NCBI GenBank assembly: GCA_907165135.1
Contig: OU015566.1
Coordinates: 12,958,001-13,022,000 of the forward strand
Direction: 5' to 3'
Source of the DNA: Oikopleura dioica
Taxonomy: Eukaryota > Animalia > Chordata
Length of the DNA: 64,000 nt
Shown here piece by piece: positions 37,458 through 48,701 of the stretch. The number at the start of each line of letters is the position of its first letter. Positions within the stretch are counted from its first letter, which is position 1. The notes under the pieces are model-generated. The model saw only the letters and a program-made list of their open reading frames with translations, was not told where the DNA came from and ran no database searches. A program made the translations under genes and the position numbers.

Positions 37458-39013
37458 TTATGCGTTCTCGTCGGATTCTCGTCGAGGTCGTTTTTTGTCG
37501 CGTCGGGTCTCACGGCTGTTCTCATCCGTTTTTTTTCCTGGCGAGCACCCGGCAGAGTTGTTCTTCTCAGATGGCTCGTATTCAATGTTGTTGTTCTCGT
37601 CAGGCTTTTCATTCTCTTGTTGAGCCTTTTCGTACGCACTCATCCCGGAGTTTCGATCATCATCGCTCTCGCCTTCTAGCAATGGAGTTTTTTCCCCCTC
37701 CTGCGGCTGTGGAGTCGAAGAAGCCGTCGCGTGAACACGAATGAAACGAGTTCGTAGTTGATCATCCCATTGATCATCGCCCATTTCACCATAACAGTGC
37801 ACATCTTCGCTTGGCAGCGGTTGGGTGAAAAGAGTGGTGACCTGAATTAGTGCATTAATTACTAAATGTATGTAATACGCCGTACCGATAGACCACGAAT
37901 GCTGATTTCAATTTTCAATGGGTTATTCGCCATATCGATTGTCATTTCGATTGCCATGTCGGCTTCTTCGTTGCGGCAATACTCAGCAAGCGCTTTCGCA
38001 TATTTACGCAGGCAACTTAACTTTTGTTTTAGTTTTCTAATCGGGAAAAAGAAGAGTAAAAATTCGAGATTATGAAATAGTTTTTCTTTCAAGAGAAGAA
38101 CAAACTTAAAAAATTATTGTACAAAATGATTACACGCGAGAATAAAAGCGCTGTGCAAAGAAAATTGATCTTTGCGCGTCTCACGGTTGCATTAATGATG
38201 TATTCCTATACAATTTTTTATTTAAGCGCGCAGCGCGCGCGAGACCCTTATATTAATTCAATGCTAAAATTGAAAGCTTGCTACCTTGTGATGATATTCG
38301 CATGCGTTGAAACTCCGTCAGGAATCACTTGCACAGCCGAGTCTCCATTTGAGGCGAAGACTTTCTTGATTCGCTGTCTGGAATTTCCATCCGACATGAA
38401 TTCGAGGTTCGAAGTAATCGGAAGAATTCTAATGGTCGTAATATCGCCGCCTTCAAAAGGAAGACGATAAATGAAATTATTAACCATAAAAACGCATACC
38501 TAAACCCATTTTTTCACTGGCAGCGCAGAAGCTATTCGCTGGCATGAGTACAAGTGGGTTCGCTGGGTCTGACATTAAAGCTGGTGGCTCGCGGACTTCT
38601 TTTGTTTTCAGATAGAAAACATCTCCGGCTTCACTATCGGTTACAGAAACACGAAGGAAGCCATCAAGTGTCTCGCCAAGAACCAGTTGCACAGACTTCT
38701 CTCCTTCGTTCGCCACGAAGCCAATGAGTTTTTTAAGGTCGACTAAATTTCGTTATTTATTCTGTCTTAGTTTTCCCCTTTTAGAGAGAGAACCGGGCTT
38801 ACCTGAGAAAGAACGAATGATGAAGTTGGTGTTCTCATAGTTGAGGAGTCGGTCCTGGTGGTAGATGAGGTAACAGGCGGCGTACCTGTCTTCCTCGAAG
38901 CCAACAAAATGGAGAGAATCATGCGTCGCCATGATGTTAAGTGTATCACTTGTGCTTTCCATCAATAAAAGAGCACGATGAAATTGATGGGCACTTGGAA
39001 TGAACGCGTTCAT
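37458..39013 (-). CDS. Divergent sliding-clamp subunit with acidic disordered tail (Rad9/PCNA-like; clamp 2)
   Basis: FHRALLLMESTSDTLNIMATHDSLHFVGFEEDRYAACYLIYHQDRLLNY ~ clamp N-domain (Rad9 [26 protein letters not shown]); VLMPANSFCAASEKMG ~ PCNA [42 protein letters not shown] ~ clamp C-domain; splices in frame to the tail exon 37458-37846. Confidence 0.62.
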
Positions 39014-39107
39014 GTCTGAACTTTAAAATAGTTAATTTTCTGTTACTTGAGCTGTTTTTCTCTGTTGTTTTGAACAGATCAGCATTTTCACAATTTCTTC
39101 ATGTCTG

Positions 39108-39560
39108 TCAGTCTGATTGTTCCTCCTCGTCGTCGACTTTCTTGATAAATCCCCTTAAATTGGAAAGGATTTGCTCGCCGAGGGCGGGCTTCAACTCCAA
39201 GCTGAGCGTTCGTTTTGCTGTGTCCGCTTTACATAAAAGCCGCATAATCAACTTTTTCGCCAGCAAATAGCCTTCCCATTTTGGCCTACAAATTGTTATT
39301 AAATGAATAAGTTAGTAAGACTTACAGTTTGGAAAGAATCGCCAGCATAAATACGTAAAGTCGATAATGCGAATCGGCGTCTCGGAGCTCCTTCCATTCT
39401 ATTTTGAAGACATCGAAGCAATGATCAGCGGTCTCGCTGAACGTTACAATAATTCATCAGCATCATAAATCGATATCACATGATATTGTTCTCTTAGCTA
39501 GTCCTATTTTTGATTGACCTACTTTTTGAAGTCCTTGAGTTCTTTTAGACGATCAAACAT
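39108..39560 (-). CDS. Small orphan cargo protein
   Basis: MFDRLKELKDFK.., ..DVFKIEWKELRDADSHYRTLRIYAG.., ..LLAKKLIMRLLCK..DDEEEQSD*; lies between PriS and clamp 2. Confidence 0.4.
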
Positions 39561-39621
39561 TTTCAAGTGAGTCGTGAATCAGACAAACAATCAGATCTGA
39601 ATATTAAAAAGATGAGAAGCA

Positions 39622-41707
39622 TTAGGACGAGTAAGAAGCTTTTTTGTAGCGCTGCAAAAGAATTGTCTGAAACAGATGGACGAATTTTTCACATAGCGCT
39701 TCGGTTTTTCTGAGGTTGAAAACTGTCGGGAAACCCTTTAGGTCCAATTCCGTTGTCAGCAGGGGGTCGAAAACAACCGCGACTTAAAAAAAAAAATATA
39801 TGAGTACTTCTCGTTTCCAATGATAATTACTTACTGGCTCCTGTATCCTGGTGGACGCTAAAGGGCATTCTCAATAAATGCTTATGATTGGTAAGCACTG
39901 GCTTATCTAATTTCGGATAGAGATGTCGAAGTTTGATAACGCGCAGTGAATTTTTGTCAAGCTGGTCGTTGTTCTTTAGTCGTTGTTCGATCACATTCCA
40001 TTTCTGGTCCGTCGTCTTTTGTTCCATAATCTTTTCGACCAGACTTCTCTTGACAGACTCAGTCAGCGCTGTAAAGCTTAGCAATTTCATTATTCTTTCT
40101 TGAAGCTCCAGGAGGCCTTAATTTTCATTCAAATGAAGTTCAGAGAAAGCGATGCTCACCTTGTTTACATAAAAAGTCCACCCAAACTGTGTCGATAATT
40201 TCCTCCGCTTTTCTTAATGACGTGTGGTACAAATTGCCGTTTCCATAGTACATTCCTTCGATGTTGATATATCCGAATAACGCTCTGCGATTGTACTCAT
40301 CGGATTTTATGTATTCTTCGTCGAGGATCCAGCAATGAATGCCTTTTTTCCCGCTGAATACTTAAAAAGATTATATTGATTTTGCATGCAATACTATATT
40401 TAACGCGGCAGCGCCGCGAAATGAAAAAGGATGTAAAAGAACTTACCCCAGAAAAAATGCTTGAAACCGAAATCTTTTCGAAGGATTCTGTCCAATATTT
40501 TTGCCGCGGTTCGAAGAATAACCCAGCAACTGGAGCAAATCGTATCTTCTTTACAGCACGTCTTATATGTATATGAGCTGATATCGATGTCAAGCGTGAA
40601 CTGAACAAATATGAGTGGATAAAAGCCATAAGAAATCATTTATTCTTCTGCTTATTTTAGTTTCCCCCTTTTTTGTTCCCCTAAATTTGGCTTCTAGAAC
40701 GCAAAGAGTGGCAATTGTTTTCGTTTTACATCAGCAAAAAAGATGTTTTTGTTTTTTCAACGATCAACAAATTCTAGAATTTGATGAAGATACGAAACCA
40801 GTGCCATTTTGATAGATTTTACTGTTTTTTCTGAAATATTTCGATTAATATCGTTTAAATAGATTTCTCTTTTTTAAATAAAGGTGAAGAACTCCTCAAT
40901 TTTGTATCCTATGAGAAAGAAAATGAGTTCTGTCATTAATTTCCCCGTAAAAAAACAAAATTCCGAATTTAAAGCAAAAAATTTTAACCTTGTACGGAGT
41001 TTTTACTCTTTATTTTTAGATTATATGTTCAATCGACGTCATCTCCGGTTAATATAGAAATTTTAAAATAATCGAACCGTTGAAATTCTCAAAAACTCAC
41101 TTTTCCCGAACATTTTGAGAAGAACTGAATATTACGTAGTAATTCTAGATTCTAGAACAAAAAATGTTTTTTTTTTTTTACGTTTAACCTACCTCACGCG
41201 CCAAGAATTCATCTATGTGGATATTTCGATATTTGCCCGATGGCTTATAACATCCTCCAAGGTCGACTCTTATCGGGCGCTTCTTTCGAAGATAATCGAA
41301 GAATTTCGGCTCATCGCGGAAGATGTTTTCGTTCCGCCTCACAATACCACTTCGGTCCTTGAAACTTATGAGCCTTTTTAGCAAAGAAATTTTATCAAAA
41401 CTTACAATATATCTCTCTGGCCGATTCTAAACGTTTCGCCGCACGTAATGAACAGTGCGAGCTCATCCACTGGGCAGTGAAAGAGGTAGTATTCTTCAAG
41501 CTCCCTATCATTCGGCTCTTTTGGGCGATTGCATGCTCGTATTCCACTACTATCCTGCGAAGAGTGTTCTTTTTCGGTTGTCTTGCTATTAAAAAAGTCG
41601 TTTATTTCGGAAAAAATGCATTCGTTGATATACCTTTTGAACTTTTTTCTAAATTCTTGCGCAAGACCTCCTTTCTTCTCGCAAATTTTGTTTACAGCTG
41701 TTTCTGG
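39622..41707 (-). CDS. Archaeo-eukaryotic DNA primase small (catalytic) subunit, PRIM1-like
   Basis: LEEYYLFHCP, RPIRVDLGGCY, E|FTLDIDISSY..CCKEDTICSSCW (motif I DxD + Zn site), [21 protein letters not shown] (motif II), LYPKLD..HLLRMPFSVHQDTG (motif III); colinear with PRIM1 over the whole length. The start is uncertain (may be fused to clamp 3, up to 42564). Confidence 0.92.
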
Positions 41708-41729
41708 CATATTTCTGCTTGACTCGGGA

Positions 41730-42564
41730 GCTGTATTCTTATCGTCCTTTGAGCTTGGAGGCGGCGTTCCAGGTACCCTGAAGGGAGAATCTGTTTTTTC
41801 TTGGCGACTTGGCGAGGTGATTACATTGACGACAACGTTCTTGTTATTCGTCCCTTTTGGTTCTTCGTCGTCGCTATTGGGGTATAATTGAATACTGCAG
41901 TGATTTTCTACTAACCTTTCACCTGAAATCACTATGATGTCTGCATCGACGGTCAGACCAATTTTGTCCATTTCTTTTGCGAGAAACTCGTCATTAAAAA
42001 CGTGGAACTCGCGCTGCACTCCTCTGCTTGCGGGACGATCGTTGTCCATGCAACTAAGCACGGCTGTTAAACAGAAAAAAAAAACACAGCGAAATTAAAT
42101 TAATTTACCGTTCTAATTTTTGTTTCACAGTAGGAACAACCGGGGGCACAATAGAAGCACAGCGTTTAGGAATTTGAAGCTCTGTTTCTTGATTTTTTCC
42201 GATCGTCCTTATCATTACTTTTCCGTTTAAACTGTCTGCAGCAGTCAATTGGAGTTCTTCTTCGACGTCGCTGACTCTAAGGAACTTCCAGAAAGAATCG
42301 GCGGGCACTAGTAATTTTTTTAATGATGGGCCTTTCTAATTCACTCAATAACTTACGAATTACTGAATCTCCGATATTGTTTATAGCATAGCTTTTCATC
42401 ATGTCTTCACAAAAGAAAAATTTTCTTTCAATGTCATTTCCGCAGAGCTCATAAAGGTACAGCCCTTCATTGTGGAAAATTAGCAGGATATCGCAGTCCT
42501 CTATAATAGAGGATTCATGAGAGCCTACAAACTGAGCTATGCTTCGAAAAGCGGCGAAACTCAT
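41730..42564 (-). CDS. Third sliding-clamp-like gene (clamp 3), possibly fused to PriS
   Basis: DILLIFHNEGLYLYELCGNDIERKFFFCEDMMKSY (clamp N-domain pattern); FNDEFLAKEMDKIGLTVDADIIVISGE ~ PCNA [37 protein letters not shown] ~ GNGNIKLSQTSNVDKEE. One junction needs a non-GT donor. Confidence 0.45.
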
Positions 42565-42690
42565 GTCTTTAAAATAAGAAAATTATTTTTTTAATCTATA
42601 GGAACTATCAAGTTTTTCGCAAAAAAAAAATAAAAAAGAAAATAAAAACAGAGGGGCAGTGAACTCTCGCAGACTACATTTTACATCGTT

Positions 42691-43720
42691 TTAGTCGAGA
42701 TTGATTGTCTTCTTTCCCTTAAAAGGGGGTTAGATTACAGAGTGATGTTTAAGATTTACCTCGGAGATACATCGGGAAGATGGGCCCGGTCTATTGATGT
42801 CCTCTGCTTGAGTTTCTTCGTCAGTTGACTATAATTTTATTAGAACAGGCCCCTCTTGCTTTAAGTTTTTTGCTTTTCTCGGTTCATAAATACAAGTACA
42901 GTGATACAATACTGTACACTGATACAAGTACAGTGATACAATGGCGAAATTTTAAATCCAGATTAAATAAGATGTTTAACGCTTTTACCTGCGAGTAGCT
43001 GAGAGAAGTGTGGTCTCGAGCACCCATAGAGCGGGTCCATGGCCGGTTGGTAGTTTGAGAGCCAGTCTTATTTATCGTGTAAATATGTGATATTACATGA
43101 AGATCATACCTGATCGTTACCGCCTTCTTTTTGCTCCGCAATCTTCTTGGTTTTCGTCGTTCGAGTGTGATCTGTGACCGGGAGAACACTGTTGATCGTG
43201 GGCTGGTCGCTTGGTCTGAATTCTCGTTTATGGACGAGGAAAACGACTGACAGAAATAACACGAACGCATACCTCTTCCCTCGACCGGCAGCAGGTTTGC
43301 TTGTCAAATCGCGGATTCGCTTACGGAGTTGTTTGTTCTCCATCTCGAGGAAGCTGATGCGTCCAAGTTTTTGAGAAAACTCACTCTGTAGCCCTTAATG
43401 GGAATTATTCAGTATAAATCGCATTTTTATTTGTTCTTACCTTTCACGAGATCGTTCGCGTCTTTGTGCCATGGCAGCGACACATAATCTGCCTAGATAT
43501 AGATAAATTCGATAGTCAATGTATCAGAACTTACAAAATACGCTGCCTTGCGACAGAATGCGCACTTGATCTTGGCTTCTCTTGCTTTGCGGCATTTTTT
43601 CAAGCATTCACCGCAAAAAATTGCACCGCAGCCAGCGCACATCTTGGGATCCTTCACCGCGAAGTGAGTTGGAACCAGGCTACAATCTAAGGCAGCTTGC
43701 AGGGATGAAAACGCTTCCAT
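42691..43720 (-). CDS. RING + coiled-coil + transmembrane protein (putative membrane-anchored E3 ligase)
   Basis: LDCSLVP..CAGCGAIFCGECLKKC..KCAFCR spliced in frame (TTT|gtaagt..tag|GCA) to a heptad coil LEMENKQLRKRIRDL and TM YAFVLFLSVVFLV; further small exons end at TAA 42691. Confidence 0.65.
42886..42970 (+). repeat. Internal relic of the element's TIR (left-end orientation) inside an intron
   Basis: TACAAGTACAGTGATACAATACTGTACACTGATACAAGTACAGTGATACAATGGCGAAATTTTAAATC matches rc of 56850-56925; a weaker relic lies at 44937-44970. Confidence 0.8.
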
Positions 43721-44142
43721 TTTGAATCCGTGAAACGTTGTCGGCGGAAATCAGCTCTCTTTTTCCTGCTTTTGATTGGTTTGAAAAATCACGAGTGAGA
43801 AGTAAAAAGTCTCTCTCGATAACCTTGTTCATCTCTCGGCTCGAAATAACGACGCTTTCGGGATTGGAGTTGCAAAGTATTTTTGGCCCGAAACTACACT
43901 CACAACCATATTTTTTTTCTCTGATTTTCTAACTACTACACTCATAACTAGTTCTCATTACTACACCGCTTTTTCTAGATCAAATAAAAAGACATTTGTT
44001 TTTTTTTTACAGAAAGGTTTTATTTTGCAGCCACTTTGTGAGAAAAGGGCGCAAGAAAGATTTCTCAGACTTGACAGGAATTTACAGCTGGAAAAAAAAG
44101 ATGGTGTTGTTTCACAGCGTAAAAGTCGGTCGTTGGAGCTTT

Positions 44143-44810
44143 TTATGAAGTCCAATTCTTTCCTCGGATCTCCAATTTGCGTCCAGAAGAGCTCTGAATC
44201 ACAACGAGACATCGTTCGTTCACCAGGTCCTCGTAGAACTTTGTCGCGGGGGTGGTGTGACGAGCGATGATCCGTTCCAGGTCGGTCGCGACGCGTTCTC
44301 GGTCTTGTGGAGAGAGACCTGCGGTGAGACGCAAGAAGTACTCATCCTCTAAACAATTCGATTGATTTCGGGAACAAATAAAAAGATATAATAGGAATTA
44401 CCTGCAAAGCGGAGAGCACCACGGTTGTCGAGCTTCTCGCCATTTGGTGCGATGAAGCCAGGTTGCTGCGCAGCTGGCTCACCCTTTTTCTTCTCCTTGC
44501 CCTTGCCCTTGCCCATCCAACCTCGTGGAAGTTCGGCTGGGGGGGCTTGAAGTTGGTCAGCGCACCGTCGAAGGTCAGAAGCAGCTTTCAAAAGCGCGTT
44601 CTTCAGGGTGGTCGTTTTAGCGGCCGCGTTCTATAGACAAATTTAGTCCAAGGGGAATCAGACAATGCCACATGGGCGCTATCTTTGCAAAAAAAAAAAA
44701 AAGAAATGATTGATTACCTGGGAAACCATTTTTCGAAGTTTTGATCTTATCTCTGTTCTGAGAAAATCTAACTGAGCTGAAGGGACGCAAATGCCCAGAC
44801 GTCGAGCAAT
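44143..44810 (-). CDS. Orphan cargo exons (may be the 3' end of the repeat protein)
   Basis: NIARRLGICVP..KMVSQ|NAAAKTTTLKNALLKAASDL..LRFA|..LRLTAGLSPQDRERVA..KNWTS*. Confidence 0.4.
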
Positions 44811-45118
44811 GTTCTAGAGACTTTTTCATTAGCGAAGAAAAAGAATGCACTTTTTTTTTTATTTTGTTGGTTTCGAGACAAACAATTCTAGAAAAATTAA
44901 ATAAGCTCGATTTCTTAATTCTACGGTCAACCACTCAAGAGTACACAAATACGAATACACTGATACAAAGTCACACTAACCGAAAATTTCTAAAGATCAA
45001 TTTTTACAAAATGGGACACTTTCCCTGATAAGTTTCCTTATCAGTTGTTTGATTTTAATAAGAAGATTATTTATTACTGAAAAATATGAACTTTCAGACA
45101 AATAAAACAAGAAATAAC

Positions 45119-47580
45119 TTAATCTTCCATTTCTTCAGTCATGTCATCGTCATAGGCGACGAACATCTCGCCCAGGTTCATCGCCTTGTGGCCCTTCGTA
45201 ACCAAGAGAACGGCGAGATTTTCGTTTTGTTCCTCTTCGAGGAACTGTCGAATATTTTCAACGTATTGGTCCGAATCATTCAAGAATTCGGCGATGGCTG
45301 TCTCAACCAGCGGTGCGCCGTCGGCAACTAAACAAACCAATTAAGACGGTAGAAAAATGAAAGAGCGTACCTTGAACAAGAGGCCGAGCCCGCTGGCTGA
45401 TAACGATGCTCGAAGGGTCATCGAAACGACGCGGAACACCATCCTCGAAGACCACAGCGGCGCCTGGGCGATGATCGTGGTGGATGGCGGAAGCGAAAGC
45501 CGGGGCGAAATAGTTTCCGAAATCGGGTGAAATCGGAACAAAGCCTGCGTCTTCGCCATTCGTAGCCGTGGCATTCGATGTTCCAGCCACGGTTGCATTT
45601 GCGGACTCGTTGAACAGCCCAGAGATTCCACTAACAGTGGAGTTGGCGCGCTGCGAACCCATGCGAGCACGGTTGTTTTGGCCGGGTCGGCCAGCGATGG
45701 TGGAGTTGGCGGAGCCAGTTCCGTTGAACAGGGCGGAGATGCCACTGACGGTGGAGTTGTTTTGGCCGGGTCGGCCAGCGACGGTGGAGTTGGTGGAGCC
45801 AGTTCCGTTGAACAGGGCGGAGATGCCACTGACGGTGGAGTTGTTTTGGCCGGGTCGGCCAGCGACGGTGGAGTTGGTGGAGCCAGTTCCGTTGAACAGG
45901 GCGGAGATGCCACTGACGGTGGAGTTGTTTTGGCCGGGTCGGCCAGCGACGGTGGAGTTGGTGGAGCCAGTTCCGTTGAACAGGGCGGAGATGCCACTGA
46001 CGGTGGAGTTGTTTTGGCCGGGTCGGCCAGCGACGGTGGAGTTGGTGGAGCCAGTTCCGTTGAACAGGGCGGAGATGCCACTGACGGTGGAGTTGTTTTG
46101 GCCGGGTCGGCCAGCGACGGTGGAGTTGGTGGAGCCAGTTCCGTTGAACAGGGCGGAGATACCACTGACGGTGGAGTTGTTTTGACCGGGTCGGCCAGCG
46201 ATGGTGGAGTTGGTGAGGGGCTCGCCCAAACCGGACTCATTGTAGACGCCAGCGTCGAAGGTGGAGTCGGCTTGGTCGTCCATGGCGGAGTCGGCTTGGT
46301 CGTTGATGGTGGAGTCGGTCTGGTCGTCGTTAGACGAGTTCAAGGTGTATTCTCCCTCATGGGGATTTTCCTCGACTTCGGCGAATACCAGTCCAGAGGC
46401 GGATAAGGTGGAAATATCGCTGCCGTTGACGGTGGACATGGTATCTTCGGATGAGGACGAGTCGAGCGTCATCTCCCCTTCATAAGGATCCCGGGACACG
46501 TCGGGATCCACAAGAGTAGACTCGCCAGAACTAGTTTCTTCGTCGGTGGCGATAGAGCCATCGAACTCGTCTTGGAGGGAGCGTCCAATGGCGGAAGAAA
46601 CATTGGAGACTTCGTTGATGACGGGAGAGGGCGTGCGCTCAGGAGTGAGCTCGAACTCTGCAGTGGGCTCGTCGTTTGGAGTTAGCTCCATGGAGTCAAC
46701 GCCAGATCGACCAAGATAGTTTACTGGTCGAGGGAGGAAACCAGGTGGAGGAGGGCGGACATCACCATCGGCAGACAGGGCAGATGTTTGAGCCGTGTCA
46801 GGTTCCACTTCACCGACGACGGTGAGGGTGTCGACAGTGAAACGAGAGCCGATGGATTCGTCAGCGTGAATCGCAGAGTGTCCATTGACACTCTGGCCCA
46901 GAAGAACACTGGCGAGAAGACCAGATCGCTGTCCATTTAAGACGGAAGAGATTTCGTCGCTTCCAATCGAAGAAATCTCAGCGGGAGAGAGTGGAGGTCC
47001 ATCGGATCCAACTTGGGTAGAGTTCATTAACCCTTGGACAAGGGTCGCATTCGGCGAGGCGGTCGAAACAACAGAGGTGTTGGCTTGAGCCTCTCCTTCT
47101 TGCAAGATACTAGAAAAGAAAATAAAGAAAGGGTGTTAAAACCAGTAATATATACCTTTCCGGGAGGTTGGAGTCCGCGGGCACGTTGCGACGTTCAACA
47201 AAAACATTGCTCCATTCGCTTTCGTCGCGGATGGTGTTGCCAAGGGAAATGTCACCAAGCTGCTGCGGCTGAAGAGCGTTCGTGGCCAATTCGACTAAAA
47301 AAAAATATTTGTTTCTAGAACAATTCAAAATCATTGTTTTTGTATAATTGCTTTCTATTGCAATTAAGTTATCCATTGGCATACCAATGCCGTTATAACG
47401 ACTTGCTTAAAAGCACAAAAACCGCCATATCAATTGCATAAATAAAAACGCATAAAAAGACCATGAGCAGGTCAACTGGTGTGCCTGGTCAGCATAAAAT
47501 TGTAAAGATTTAGACTTACTTGAGGAGGGTGTTTCCACTTGAGAATCGGAACGTTGAGCCTCGAGAGAGTTGCGTGCCTG
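45119..47580 (-). CDS. Large low-complexity Ser/Thr/Asn/acidic protein with 28-aa tandem repeats
   Basis: 600-aa ORF 45303-47105 plus in-frame upstream exons (47157-47300, 47517-47580) and a downstream exon (VADGAPLVET..EMED*). True start is further upstream and uncertain. Confidence 0.7.
45675..46221. repeat. 84-bp coding minisatellite, 6 near-identical copies plus a partial
   Basis: Unit GTTCCGTTGAACAGGGCGGAGATGCCACTGACGG.. starts at 45718, 45802, 45886, 45970, 46054 and 46138; encodes STNSTVAGRPGQNNSTVSGISALFNGTG on the minus strand. Confidence 0.95.
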
Positions 47581-48116
47581 GGACTAAATGAGAATGAGGA
47601 AAAGAATGCTTATCATTTATTTTTAATTTGCATAGCATTATAACTCGAAATATAAAACGAATTTGCGCGCGCAGCGCGCACTCGATAAAAATTGTATAAG
47701 AAGTTATAGTGGATAGATAAATAATATTTTTAAATCCACTACGGAAAAGTGCTTAGGGACTTTATATCTTGCTCAACATCAATAGAGAATTTAACTCAAA
47801 AAACACAAATTAACAATCAAAAAGAAATAATTATGGTTTTCTTTATCTTAGCCTCTGGACTTGGGAACTTACTCGAGTGGTCATAGAATGACCAGTTGAG
47901 ACGATTGGGGCCATGACGTAAAGAAAGTGTCGCGCCTAAGCTGCGGATGAAAAAATTTATGAATTGACTCGTTTGAAATTGAGTCAAACACAAATGAATC
48001 CAGTTTTTTGCGAGGGGCACTCGTAGAGCCATCCTGAGCATCATTCTAGAGAATATTAGTGTGTATTTTCAAAAAAAAATAAATAAAAACAAACACATGA
48101 TCTAGAATTTTTTTTT

Positions 48117-48701
48117 TTACAATATGTATTTGTAGTCGATTGGATCGGTAGTTTCAAAAACAGTTCGATTCGAAGAGGTTTCGTTAAACGGCATGTTGGT
48201 TATGAAAGGATAAGAGGTGAGAGGCCAAGAAATGGGAACTCTACGTAAGCGCTGACACGATAAAACCCAACTAATAATGTCGTTTGATGTACCAGATCGA
48301 GGTTTGCCTTTAATTTGAATATGCATGGGGAATTTGGAAGTGAATAGAGCGAGAACGTGTATGGTCGAGGCATGAATTTCTGTATTGCAAGTCCAGACTT
48401 CGTTTGCATACGGCAAATCAGTTATCGGTTTGACAAAGTGAACGTATGCAACAAACTTATACCTGACCTCGCTAATTGACTTAGTGACATGGGTGGGAAT
48501 GATAATAAAACAACAGAATGGGAAATTCTCGGTGATATACTTGAGACGTTCGACAGTAGAGAAGTTTATCGTGATAAATTTTATATACGAAGACCTATTT
48601 TTAACGAGTAATTGTTGATTGAACAAGTATTTAAGAAAAGAACCATAATCACTCATAATCAGACGATTTTCACTAAAAAAAATCACCATAGAATGGGTCA
48701 T
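48117..48701 (-). CDS. Intronless orphan ORF; weak resemblance to a degenerate CRESS-type HUH Rep fold
   Basis: 194-aa uninterrupted ORF in AT-rich DNA; FITINF, CFII, YKFVAYVHFVKP, HIQI..SGTSNDIISW recall circovirus Rep motifs I-III, but the HUH His residues and the catalytic Tyr are absent. Confidence 0.4.
   Translation of the reverse strand: MTHSMVIFFSENRLIMSDYGSFLKYLFNQQLLVKNRSSYIKFITINFSTVERLKYITENFPFCCFIIIPTHVTKSISEVRYKFVAYVHFVKPITDLPYANEVWTCNTEIHASTIHVLALFTSKFPMHIQIKGKPRSGTSNDIISWVLSCQRLRRVPISWPLTSYPFITNMPFNETSSNRTVFETTDPIDYKYIL

Noticed and set aside
41586-41633. PIP-box-like FSEINDFF upstream of the primase domain
   Set aside because: It falls inside a 48-nt GT..AG segment with typical intron size and composition, so it is probably spliced out.
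43104-43343. CREB3/ATF6-like bZIP-TM transcription factor
   Set aside because: There is no basic region, and the coil splices in frame to the upstream RING exon.
45341-46406. Overlapping ORFs in several frames on both strands; CRISPR-like array
   Set aside because: A stop-free 84-bp coding minisatellite explains them. There are no unique spacers, and the context is eukaryotic.
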